Origin: Nitrososphaerales archaeon | GTDB taxonomy: Archaea; Thermoproteota; Nitrososphaeria; Nitrososphaerales; UBA213 | Length of the DNA stretch: 64,000 bases | Reading direction: 5' to 3' | Assembly: GCA_046759645.1 (NCBI GenBank) | Contig: JBHICO010000002.1 | Coordinates: 2,725-66,724, forward strand | Shown: piece after piece, positions 54,665-63,470 of the stretch | Numbering within the stretch: the first letter of the stretch is position 1 | Layout: each line of letters starts with the position of its first letter | Program-made: the position numbers and the translations under genes | The notes under the pieces: generated by a model | The model's input: the letters and a program-made list of their open reading frames with translations, nothing else | The model's database searches: none | Told to the model about the DNA's origin: nothing

Positions 54665-55125
54665 CTAATCTTTAAAGCTTTCTTTGCAGTAACGGAAATG
54701 GCACCAACAATATTGCTTTTCTTGTCATCCGGCAGATCATTAATCAAATTATTGAGGGATTTGGCAAGAAGTTCCCTCTTATTATCTGGTAACGACTCAA
54801 ACACAGATACCAAACCATCAACATTTAATTTTGTTAGGATATCTGTAGAACCAGCTATAACATCCATATATGTACCAAACATTATTCTTCGCTTATCCTC
54901 ATCGAACTCACATAAAACCTCCATCCACGTCTTGACCAAATTTTCTAAAATACCAAAGTCAATAGCAGGAGCTGCGTTCAATGCGTTTGCAATAGTTTCC
55001 ATCTTTTCGACTTCAGGCAACGTGAAAAAATCTGTTAATCTGCTCTTAAGCATGGATTTCCGCAAAAATTCGGGTAGTCCGGCTAGGATCTGAAGTATGT
55101 TCCCAGCCACCTTAGAATCCGACAT
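54661..55125 (-). CDS. Hypothetical helical protein
   Basis: ATG at 55125 (MSDSKVAGN...). No recognised motif. Confidence 0.4.
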   Translation of the reverse strand: MSDSKVAGNILQILAGLPEFLRKSMLKSRLTDFFTLPEVEKMETIANALNAAPAIDFGILENLVKTWMEVLCEFDEDKRRIMFGTYMDVIAGSTDILTKLNVDGLVSVFESLPDNKRELLAKSLNNLINDLPDDKKSNIVGAISVTAKKALKIS

Positions 55126-55146
55126 GCAGACGATTGGCCCCACGAC

Positions 55147-55156
55147 TTAAATATAG
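55147..55156. promoter_or_regulatory. TTAAATATAG box between the divergent hypothetical gene and purA
   Basis: The box centre lies about 25 nt from the GTG at 55176 and about 26 nt from the ATG at 55125, which is leaderless spacing in both directions. Confidence 0.3.
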
Positions 55157-55175
55157 TTTGCCGGCAACAGAACTC

Positions 55176-56174
55176 GTGCCAGCAACTGTTGTCGTTGGAG
55201 GTTTCTTCGGTGACGAAGGGAAGGGCAAAATAATCTCTCATATCGCATTAAAAGACAAGCCAGCCATAGCTGTCAGAGGTGGTGTTGGTCCGAACGCCGG
55301 GCATTCATTTGTCCTAAACGGTGAAGTGCACAAGGTTCGAATGCTGCCTAGCGCTGTGTTGAGTAAAGACACTAGATTACTGATCGGTGCAGGCGTAGTA
55401 ATTAATCCTTCAATTTTAATAAGTGAGATAGAAAAGTATCACGCTCATGATCGTGTGTTTATAGATGGTCAATGCGGTATAATTGAATCTAGGCACATTG
55501 AGAGGGATAAGAACGATGATCTTAAACGTAGAATAGGTACAACAGGTTCAGGGACAGGTCCTGCAAACGCGGATAGAGTAATGCGCACTCTTCATTTAGC
55601 TAGAGAAATGCCTGATCTCACTCTTTACTTGGATGATGTTAGTAATTCAATTAATTTTGCACTTGATAGAAACGAAAGGGTCTTAATTGAGGGAACACAG
55701 GGAACGTTTCTTTCATTATACCACGGGTCTTATCCATACGTTACGTCTAAAGACATTACAGCATCAGCAATATGTGCAGACGTTGGATTGGGGCCGAAGC
55801 GTGTTGATGACGTGATTCTGGTCTTCAAAGCATATGTAACTAGGGTAGGTTCTGGACCGTTAGAGAAGGAGATTGCTAAGGAAGAGGCACAAAAACGGGG
55901 TTGGTTTGAAGTTGCTACGGTAACTGGCAGAGAGAGAAGAGCCGCGCCATTCAGCTTTGATCTTGCGAAGAGGGCTATATCACTGAACAGTGCCACACAG
56001 CTGGCAATTACCAAACTTGATGTCGTATTTCCCGAATGTGAGAATGTGCGGGAATATAACAAGCTATCTGATAATGCCAAGGATTTCATAGAACAGATAG
56101 AGAAGAGCACCAGACTTCAGGTAACTCTTATTGGTACCGGTGAAGATGTTAACGATATTGTTGATAGGCGCTAA
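55176..56174 (+). CDS. purA: Adenylosuccinate synthetase (short archaeal type)
   Basis: VVVGGFFGDEGKGKI, GPNAGH, GTTGSGTGPA, EGTQG. GTG at 55176 gives a family-typical N-terminus. TTG at 55134/55158 are alternatives. Confidence 0.85.
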   Translation: MPATVVVGGFFGDEGKGKIISHIALKDKPAIAVRGGVGPNAGHSFVLNGEVHKVRMLPSAVLSKDTRLLIGAGVVINPSILISEIEKYHAHDRVFIDGQCGIIESRHIERDKNDDLKRRIGTTGSGTGPANADRVMRTLHLAREMPDLTLYLDDVSNSINFALDRNERVLIEGTQGTFLSLYHGSYPYVTSKDITASAICADVGLGPKRVDDVILVFKAYVTRVGSGPLEKEIAKEEAQKRGWFEVATVTGRERRAAPFSFDLAKRAISLNSATQLAITKLDVVFPECENVREYNKLSDNAKDFIEQIEKSTRLQVTLIGTGEDVNDIVDRR

Positions 56175-56340
56175 TTTTTAGCATGACTATGCAATCAAAA
56201 CAGGGCTTTTTAAATTATATTTCCTTTTTTGAATTTATAGGTGCTTTTGCAATCAAATTATTTTTTGGAATTAGGCTTTCTGTGTAGAACTGTTATTTGA
56301 TTGCTTAGACTTTAATTAGAGTAAGGAAGAAGATATATTA

Positions 56341-57012
56341 TTGAAGCTAAAACCAGCTTCTTTTATAGAACTCGACAGCATAAAAGATCTCGCTAGGTTA
56401 GCATGTGCACTTGAGAAGGCACCTTTGCCTGTATTTTCCATGCAATTGGAAGGCGAGGATATACTGGCAGTACAGGTTGATCTTTTGATGGGCAGGCCCA
56501 TTATTTACTATGCAAAAACCAGCTACTCAGGAGAATTTCTTGCATATAGGAAAGTCGGTAGCGTTGAAGACGTTGTTCTTGTCAATTCAATAACAAATCC
56601 AGCATTAGTATATGCACCAATAATACAGGTGGAAAAGATACCTACCAACATGATGAAGTATGCCAAGGTACACAAAAATTCCAATTACCTTTCAATAAAA
56701 CTGAAGGAATTGGCAAGTCTTGCGAAGGTCAGCAGTTATAAAATGATCTATGAGGAACCTCCCCTCCCGCTATTCCTTTTCAAAAATGACTACTTGGTAC
56801 TGGGAACTTTTATGGACATAAACGAGAGCAGCGACACAGCATTCTTCTACTATGTGGACATGGATTCTACACCTGACCATCCATTCCTGAAATATTCTGC
56901 ACAGAAAGGTGAGAAACCTGCTTTTACTAGTAATGTCGATGTGCATGGATACGTATACATGAAAGTTATAAAGCTCAAGAAGGATCATCCTTTGGTAAAG
57001 ATAGATGAGTGA
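56341..57012 (+). CDS. Hypothetical 223-aa protein coupled to pyrF
   Basis: TTG start. No recognised motif. Its 3' end overlaps the pyrF start by 8 nt. Confidence 0.45.
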   Translation: MKLKPASFIELDSIKDLARLACALEKAPLPVFSMQLEGEDILAVQVDLLMGRPIIYYAKTSYSGEFLAYRKVGSVEDVVLVNSITNPALVYAPIIQVEKIPTNMMKYAKVHKNSNYLSIKLKELASLAKVSSYKMIYEEPPLPLFLFKNDYLVLGTFMDINESSDTAFFYYVDMDSTPDHPFLKYSAQKGEKPAFTSNVDVHGYVYMKVIKLKKDHPLVKIDE

Positions 57013-57775
57013 TGACTTTCGTGAAAGATTAAAAGAATCCTCAAAAAAACACCAGAGCAGGATAGTACTTGCTCTTGATATTGATTATATTGACAGAGAT
57101 CGTGCTATCATATTTGCGAAGAATAGTATCAACCTCCTAAAAGAGTATATCTGTGGAGTTAAAATAAACTTCCATCTGATCCTACCTCTAGATCTTTATT
57201 CGGAGGTGAAGCAAGTAACAGATCTTGCGCATTCACATAATCTACAGGCAATAGCTGACGTAAAGTTAAATGATATAGGCAATACCAACAAGATTGCGTT
57301 AACACACCTATGGGCAAGTGGTTTCGACGCCGCGACCGTAAGCTCCTTCATCGGCTTCGATGGTTTGAGGGAGACCATATCTCATGCACATGAGAACAGA
57401 AATGGTCTCATAGCGCTGGTTTACATGAGTCATAAGAGTGCAGGTGATACTTACGGGCTAGAGATAATAGATCCTAAAAGCGGTAAAACTATGCAAATGT
57501 ATAACTTGTTCCTTCGGTGGGCTGAGGAACTAAATGCAGACGGTATAATCGTTGGTGCTACGGTTCCCGAAGTGATAAAGCATTGCTCAGAAAGGATAAA
57601 AAACAATGTGTTTATATTTTCACCAGGTATAGGCCGGCAAGGGGGGGATCCAAGGCAGGCGCTTGCCAACGGGGCCGATTACATTATAGTGGGTAGGTCA
57701 ATACTAGAGTCTAAAGAACCGGATAAGGAAGCAGAAAAACTGAGAAATTTTACTTGGGAAATAGCCTCGAACTAA
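57005..57775 (+). CDS. pyrF: Orotidine 5'-phosphate decarboxylase
   Basis: RIVLALDI, ADVKLNDIGNT, IFSPGIGRQGG, IIVGRSI. Confidence 0.85.
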   Translation: MSDDFRERLKESSKKHQSRIVLALDIDYIDRDRAIIFAKNSINLLKEYICGVKINFHLILPLDLYSEVKQVTDLAHSHNLQAIADVKLNDIGNTNKIALTHLWASGFDAATVSSFIGFDGLRETISHAHENRNGLIALVYMSHKSAGDTYGLEIIDPKSGKTMQMYNLFLRWAEELNADGIIVGATVPEVIKHCSERIKNNVFIFSPGIGRQGGDPRQALANGADYIIVGRSILESKEPDKEAEKLRNFTWEIASN

Positions 57776-58218
57776 TAATTTCTGTTAATATTACTCAAGA
57801 ATCTGTTTGCCTCTTCCAATATCATCTTAGCATTTTTGAATGTTAATAGTTTTATGGCATCATCATAGATTAACCATCTGTAGCCCTGGTGCTCAAAGGA
57901 CAATTTTACATTCTTGGAATTGGTCTTCGCTAAATAAAAGATTACTTCCTTGTACACCAACTTCCCACTCCTTTTGTAGTTGTACCTAATCTTCTTTCTA
58001 AACCCGTTTATAAATTCAATACTATCGATTGACGTTTCTTCCTCAACCTCCCTCCTAATAGTATCCAACTCAGTTTCACCATTCTCTATGTTGCCTTTTG
58101 GAAAGTCCCAATGTCCTGCCGGGTAGTGCAACAACAAGTACTCCACACTCCCATTATTGTTATTAAAGAGCACGGTTCCTGCAGAACGTTCTTCCATAGA
58201 TTCTATCCTATAGAACAC
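57772..58218 (-). CDS. Nudix hydrolase
   Basis: Nudix box GHWDFPKGNIENGETELDTIRREVEEETSI. Confidence 0.8.
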   Translation of the reverse strand: MFYRIESMEERSAGTVLFNNNNGSVEYLLLHYPAGHWDFPKGNIENGETELDTIRREVEEETSIDSIEFINGFRKKIRYNYKRSGKLVYKEVIFYLAKTNSKNVKLSFEHQGYRWLIYDDAIKLLTFKNAKMILEEANRFLSNINRNY

Positions 58219-58254
58219 CTAACTAACCCTTTCGCTGTATAATTGAAGATGCAA

Positions 58255-59037
58255 CTATCTACCGTATCTTCTCTTTCGACGTTGATATGTGCGGATGGCT
58301 CTCATTAGGTCTATCTTTCTAAATTCAGGCCAGAACACATCCATGAATACGAGTTCACTGTACGCACTCTGCCATATTAGAAATCCACTGAGCCTATGTT
58401 CTCCAGACGTTCTTAGTATCATGTCAGGCTCCGGTTGCGGTAAATGTGATGTATATAGACAGGATTCGATCGTATCCTTACAAATGTCATCGATCTCCAA
58501 CATGCCACCCTTGACCATATCAGCAACCTTTCTTACGGCATCGACCATTTCTGTCTTCCCTCCATATGCGATTGCTATGTTAAGATATATATTATCATAA
58601 TAGAAAGTAGTCTCTTCAAGTTTCCTTAGAACGCTTGTTATGCGTTCAGGCAAGAGATCGAGTTTTCCTATGGCCTTTACATTCATCCTGAACTTGTGTA
58701 GGGTGGGATCGCTAAGAAGTTTTTTCAAGCGCTGCTCTATCAAATCAAATAGGTATTCCAACTCCCCATCCTTTCTTTCCAGATTTTCTGTTGACAAGGC
58801 GTACAGAGTGATTATCTTTATGCCTAAATCATTACACCAGGTAATCAGCTCCTCAACTCTGTCAGCTCCCTTGTAATGACCTACTTTAGGCAAATACAAG
58901 TGACGCTTAGCCCATCTTCTATTTCCATCTAACACAATGGCAACGTGATTTGGAGATATGTCTTTCCTAATCTGACTTGATAGATACTTTTCATAGACCT
59001 TGTAGAAACCACTACCATGGAGTGCTATATCGATCAG
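58255..59037 (-). CDS. uppS: Cis-prenyltransferase (undecaprenyl/tritrans,polycis-diphosphate synthase family); start codon non-canonical or unresolved
   Basis: HVAIVLDGNRRWA, ALSTENLERK, RTSGEHRLSGFLIWQSAYSEL. The conserved HVAIV strand lies upstream of the only canonical start (GTG 58935). The ORF is open to 59052 with no ATG/GTG/TTG. CTG at 59037 overlaps the upstream TGA. Confidence 0.75.
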   Translation of the reverse strand: MIDIALHGSGFYKVYEKYLSSQIRKDISPNHVAIVLDGNRRWAKRHLYLPKVGHYKGADRVEELITWCNDLGIKIITLYALSTENLERKDGELEYLFDLIEQRLKKLLSDPTLHKFRMNVKAIGKLDLLPERITSVLRKLEETTFYYDNIYLNIAIAYGGKTEMVDAVRKVADMVKGGMLEIDDICKDTIESCLYTSHLPQPEPDMILRTSGEHRLSGFLIWQSAYSELVFMDVFWPEFRKIDLMRAIRTYQRRKRRYGR

Positions 59038-60149
59038 TGTTTTAATCGGCCTTCACCCTTCTTCTTCCTGTAGTACTGGTAAACAAATGTTGCTGCCACC
59101 AACGCTAGCGCAAGGCCTACCAAGAGGGAAGAGATCAGAGTAAATGGGCTACCTTCTCCCACTAATACCAACATGAACTGCTGCATCGGTATATAGAACA
59201 ATCCTAATACTATCAGTCTAAGTACATCGCCCAAGGCTCTCAAGCTACCCCTTAACCAATGACTTAGTAACATTCCACCGAATATAGTTCCCGCACCTAT
59301 CCATAGAAGGGTAAGCATTCCGTTCACAAAGTATCCTATTAAGACGGGGTTGGTTGCAATCTGCCATGCAGCCATCTCTTCTGTGATAAGACCTTCCGGT
59401 ATGGCAGCATATCCTGCCTGCAGAGAGGCCAGCATAATCATAGTCCCTGCTACCAACGAAAACACCTTGATAAAACTTGAAGGAGTGAACTTGGCAAGGT
59501 TCCTTATGGACTTATCCAGATCGAAGCCTCTGAGTATAAACGCCGCACCCAACACAATCGCAACCGCTGCAAGCACATGTTCTGTAAATTCGAATATCGT
59601 TGCCATTGCACCAACAACCAATAATGCACCTGGAACTCCCAAGAAGAACTTTGAATATCTAGAGTCATAAACCAACGATTTCAAATATCTGCCAAATATG
59701 GCATAGGAATACTCAACGCTTCTACTATGTTTTATAACTACACGTTGCACAGAAATTATTGGTACCATGTTCTGGATGATCGGGAGGACTGCTTCGTCAT
59801 CTCCTCCGTCGGAAACAACGACCGCACCATCCGCCTTATACTTTCTCAATATATCTTGAAGTTGGTAAGCGATCTTTTCATCTGCCTCTACACCCCTCTT
59901 GAATGCTCCAGATAGCAACGCTACTTCTGGACTGTAGCCCTTGCTCGAAAGTTCTTCATACAGCTTTATCGCGGCAAATATAGCATTGGAGTCGGCCTCC
60001 TCAGGATCTTCAATTGCAAGTCTAATCCCTGCATGTATACAACTATCCCTACCAACAACGGGGGTTTTCACTCCACCTTTCGATCCGATATCATCATCCC
60101 TATCTATACATAGAACAAGAATATTCCTTGATTTAGGCGCATCAGACAT
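59034..60149 (-). CDS. DUF373-like conserved archaeal membrane protein
   Basis: Soluble N-terminal domain NILVLCIDRDDDIGSKGGVKTPVVGR...EEADSNAIFAAIKLYEEL followed by about six TM helices. Confidence 0.6.
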   Translation of the reverse strand: MSDAPKSRNILVLCIDRDDDIGSKGGVKTPVVGRDSCIHAGIRLAIEDPEEADSNAIFAAIKLYEELSSKGYSPEVALLSGAFKRGVEADEKIAYQLQDILRKYKADGAVVVSDGGDDEAVLPIIQNMVPIISVQRVVIKHSRSVEYSYAIFGRYLKSLVYDSRYSKFFLGVPGALLVVGAMATIFEFTEHVLAAVAIVLGAAFILRGFDLDKSIRNLAKFTPSSFIKVFSLVAGTMIMLASLQAGYAAIPEGLITEEMAAWQIATNPVLIGYFVNGMLTLLWIGAGTIFGGMLLSHWLRGSLRALGDVLRLIVLGLFYIPMQQFMLVLVGEGSPFTLISSLLVGLALALVAATFVYQYYRKKKGEGRLKH

Positions 60150-60300
60150 AAGTGACTCTTAGTACCACAAACTCATTAATTAACCTAATTTGTGAAGCTT
60201 TTGTTATCAGACATCATCAATAAAATATACAAGGAGTTCTCCTGTTAAATCTATCACATGTCTCGTAAATCCATAATAATATCGGTCTCGAGAATTCTAT

Positions 60301-61521
60301 ATGGCTCATAAAATCGTTCATCCTCCACCGGGTCCAAAGGGTAGCAAGGTTGTCTCATACATAAACACACACTGCATTGAATCAACATTCACCTATCCAT
60401 TGGTCGTTGCCAACGGTCGTGGATGCTATATTGAGGATGTTGATGCCAATATTTTCTTAGATTTTGCATCGAATATAGGCGTATCTCAGTTAGGATATTC
60501 ACATCCTGATATAATGCGAGTTCTGGAAAAATACTCGAAGATCAGCGCACTCAAGATAGCGGGCCAAGACTTTTACTCCGAAGAGCATGCAAACCTTGTT
60601 GAAGCTGTATTATCTACAGTACCTGAAAATTTCAAAGCATTCCTAGTTAACAGTGGTACAGAAGCTGTTGAAAATGCACTCAAGCTAGCATACCGATCAA
60701 GAGGCCCTTTATTTGGGATATCATGCTATGGTGCATTTCATGGCAGAACGTTGGGGGCACTAACATTCACGTACAGCAAACCAGTTCAGAAGAGGAATTT
60801 CCCAGAATTTCCAGCCAAGAGGATAAAATTCTGCATAAAGGATGATGATGCAAAGATCGATGAAATTAACAGCGTTCTGGCCTCACAAAATAATATAGCT
60901 TTCATTATAACAGAGGTAGTGCAGGGAGAAGGTGGCTATAATATTGCTAGTAAGAAGTTCATTCAGAATCTTTACAGGGCTGCTAAAGACCATAATATAC
61001 CAATGATAATAGACGAGGTTCAATCAGGAATGGGAAGAACGGGAGAATGGTGGGCCTGGGAGCACTATGGAATTAAACCTGACATAATGACAACGGCAAA
61101 AGGACTGCAGGTGGGTGCAACACTTTTTGATGCCAAGTATGATCCCCATGAACGAGGAGCGAAATCAAGTACTTGGGGGGGTGGGCATAGAATAGATATG
61201 GCTGTGGGTGCCACAGTGATAGAGGTTATAAAACGTGCCAAATTGCTTGATAATGCGAAGAAGATGGGTGGTATTTTGATGAAAAGGCTTACTGAATTTG
61301 TTGGAAAGTATGGGGTAATCGATGCTAGGGGTATTGGTTTGATGATTGGGGTTGAATATGAAAGTAAAGAAAGAAGGGATGAGGTTTTGCAAAAAGCCTT
61401 CAAGAATGGTTTGATCATGCTACCTGCTGGTGAAAAAACCATTCGAATCATACCTCCGTTGATCATTGGTGAAGAAGAGATTGATGAGGGTATGGAGATT
61501 CTAAATAAGTCCTTACTCTAG
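60301..61521 (+). CDS. Class III pyridoxal-phosphate-dependent aminotransferase (acetylornithine / 4-aminobutyrate family)
   Basis: NSGTEAVENALKLA, DEVQSGMGRTGEWWAWEHYGIKPDIMTTAKGL (PLP Lys). About 405 aa. Confidence 0.8.
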   Translation: MAHKIVHPPPGPKGSKVVSYINTHCIESTFTYPLVVANGRGCYIEDVDANIFLDFASNIGVSQLGYSHPDIMRVLEKYSKISALKIAGQDFYSEEHANLVEAVLSTVPENFKAFLVNSGTEAVENALKLAYRSRGPLFGISCYGAFHGRTLGALTFTYSKPVQKRNFPEFPAKRIKFCIKDDDAKIDEINSVLASQNNIAFIITEVVQGEGGYNIASKKFIQNLYRAAKDHNIPMIIDEVQSGMGRTGEWWAWEHYGIKPDIMTTAKGLQVGATLFDAKYDPHERGAKSSTWGGGHRIDMAVGATVIEVIKRAKLLDNAKKMGGILMKRLTEFVGKYGVIDARGIGLMIGVEYESKERRDEVLQKAFKNGLIMLPAGEKTIRIIPPLIIGEEEIDEGMEILNKSLL

Positions 61522-61974
61522 AATTCTGTTGCTCGCATACTCTCCTTTTGTATGTCTCAAAACCACTTTTTTGCCTATTCCATGAATTTCGTGCTTAGGT
61601 ATTTTCAATGGTTGGTTTGCGAATCCAGTCCTTATTTCGATTAATTCAACCATATTGGTTGCTTCATTTTTGAATATCTGATTGACTCTTCCGACTTTCT
61701 CACCATTGATGTCTATAACTTCCATGGCCTCTATTACTGGAGGGATCTTTAACATAACACAGTTCTTTCCTATTCTTTCAACAGAATCTCTATGTATGAA
61801 AATATTCTTGAATCCCCTCCTTACCATCAAGGCCGTTATTGTCAAAGTGATTGGATCTATATGCACTGCTCGCAAAGTTCCGACCTTCTCTCCATTGGTA
61901 TCAACGACCTTCATTCCTTTCAGATCTTCATACGTAACAGGTTCGTTTCTAAGATCGAATTCAGTTTGCTCCAT
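61513..61974 (-). CDS. Protein with two PRC-barrel domains
   Basis: Two units (M)KVVDTNGEKVGTLRAVHIDP... and MEVIDINGEKVGRVNQIF... No coiled coil, so it is not CdvA-like. ATG at 61974 preferred. Confidence 0.6.
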   Translation of the reverse strand: MEQTEFDLRNEPVTYEDLKGMKVVDTNGEKVGTLRAVHIDPITLTITALMVRRGFKNIFIHRDSVERIGKNCVMLKIPPVIEAMEVIDINGEKVGRVNQIFKNEATNMVELIEIRTGFANQPLKIPKHEIHGIGKKVVLRHTKGEYASNRILE

Positions 61975-62132
61975 AGGTATGGCTGAACGATTAATTATAA
62001 TCACCATGATATTACGCAATTGCGACTAACAGCTAAAAATATTCTATATTAACAGGAGCGCCCGTTTGTACAATCTCAAAACTGAGAATCAGAATGTGGA
62101 TTTAAAAGCAAGTGTTAGCATTAAAACAGGGT

Positions 62133-62420
62133 ATGGCGTTTGAAAGTACAAGTACGAGGACTTTTGTTATAATCTTTGGTCTAATCGCAGCTGGGGCCGC
62201 TATATTTATAGGCGTTGCAGTATTCCCTGCATCTAATCTTATTCGTGAGATGGTAACAGCAGAGGGTACTATTGCATCTAGCTCTGATGGCGAATGTGTT
62301 GTTGACACCCCAGATAGGATCCCTAAGGTGATAAAGAACTGTGACCTGCCCTCCGGTAGCGAGGTTACAGTAAGCTTCCAAGAGGGGATGTATGAAGCAT
62401 CTATTGTTTCACAGCCATAA
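62133..62420 (+). CDS. Small N-terminally anchored hypothetical protein
   Basis: TM helix TFVIIFGLIAAGAAIFIGVAVF followed by a 60-aa soluble part. ATG at 62133 or GTG at 62112. Confidence 0.4.
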   Translation: MAFESTSTRTFVIIFGLIAAGAAIFIGVAVFPASNLIREMVTAEGTIASSSDGECVVDTPDRIPKVIKNCDLPSGSEVTVSFQEGMYEASIVSQP

Positions 62421-62457
62421 TTGAAGCTATATATTGTTCGCTACCGATGATGACACT

Positions 62458-62586
62458 ATGAGGATCTGTAAAGACTGCATGGAACACCGACTGGTATATG
62501 ATAAAATAACTTCTAGCGAAAAGTGCGAGTGCAATTGTCATCTGGAGCGCGAAACTGGTTGTTCTACAGATCCGTGTTGCAGATAA
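62458..62586 (+). CDS. Candidate 42-aa Cys-rich micro-protein
   Basis: Hand-found ORF MRICKDCMEHRLVYDKITSSEKCECNCHLERETGCSTDPCCR (8 Cys, 2 His). CTATATATTG TATA-like box about 22 nt upstream. Confidence 0.3.
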   Translation: MRICKDCMEHRLVYDKITSSEKCECNCHLERETGCSTDPCCR

Positions 62587-62855
62587 TAGATTTTTATTAC
62601 CACCGAGTCAAGAATCGTTTGAGGTTACCAAACCCGTTAGTCTGAGGACAGGGCTAGACGTAGGGAGCACATCGTACTTGACGCTCTATCCTCATTCTAA
62701 CTGCATCTTAATATGCTCTGTATTCGTGTATGGATATACAAGCACCATCAATTTGTTTCATCAAGTCCTTCTGCTCATCAGAAAGTTCGAAGCCCATTGT
62801 AGACGCTAGAAAATTCATTACTCTTATCTCTCATTGAGAAATACCTTACACAATT

Positions 62856-63437
62856 TTAATCCGTTTGCAAGACCCAACCCTTACGAACAATATCTATATC
62901 CTCCTTATTACACACCCCAGTTGCATATCTCCAAACATCATTTCCGTCAGAACGCACTAGCCGGTGAATGCTTGTCAAAGCCTCTATTTCATCCTGAAGA
63001 CCCTCGATTGTACCTGAAGACGATTTACAAAATTGACATTTAGTATCTAATTTCACTTGCTCCCTTGACTCTATTACAGGATATGCTCTGCACGCAATTG
63101 GTCTACTTTCATATATCATGCATCTAAATCCTCCATGTGGTGAACGTTCGTCGCCTTCTACTTCTAGGAATGGACAAAGGTTACCATCTTTCTTAACACC
63201 CATAAGCTGATAGGCTATTATCCTCTTCGGCCCCACCTTCTCTCCATTTCGATTCTCCGTACCAATCCCTATCCTAGGAAGTATCGCTATCATTTTCCCC
63301 AACTTCCTTGCAAGTTTTTCGATTCTTTTCTTCTCAGAGGTTAGAATAAGAACGCCGATCTTACCATAACTCTTGTTCGGATAGTATTCCCTGTAGATGC
63401 AACAGTCAGAACATCCCTGCACGCATTTGAACCTCAT
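62856..63437 (-). CDS. YkgJ-family CxxCxxCC zinc/iron-chelating domain protein
   Basis: MRFKCVQGCSDCCIY (CxxCxxCC), later CPFL and YESRPIACRAYP. Confidence 0.65.
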   Translation of the reverse strand: MRFKCVQGCSDCCIYREYYPNKSYGKIGVLILTSEKKRIEKLARKLGKMIAILPRIGIGTENRNGEKVGPKRIIAYQLMGVKKDGNLCPFLEVEGDERSPHGGFRCMIYESRPIACRAYPVIESREQVKLDTKCQFCKSSSGTIEGLQDEIEALTSIHRLVRSDGNDVWRYATGVCNKEDIDIVRKGWVLQTD

Positions 63438-63470
63438 TATGATATCACCATGACAATGTTAAATAAACTC

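Noticed and set aside
60195-60225. C/D box sRNA candidate: the minus strand reads TTGATGATGTCTGATAAC.
   Set aside because: The C-like (UGAUGA) and D-like (CUGA) boxes are only 3 nt apart. There is no second C'/D pair and there are no terminal complementary ends. I scanned the other spacers by eye for RUGAUGA...CUGA pairs and found none convincing.
62587-62855. Possible structured RNA (local hairpin GTTTG-AGGTTAC-CAAAC at about 62614-62632) and a 36-aa minus-strand ORF (62708-62818) downstream of the YkgJ-like gene.
   Set aside because: The stems are short (4-5 bp) and no known RNA family signature is visible. The small ORF has no motif, SD or TATA support. I note it but do not call it.
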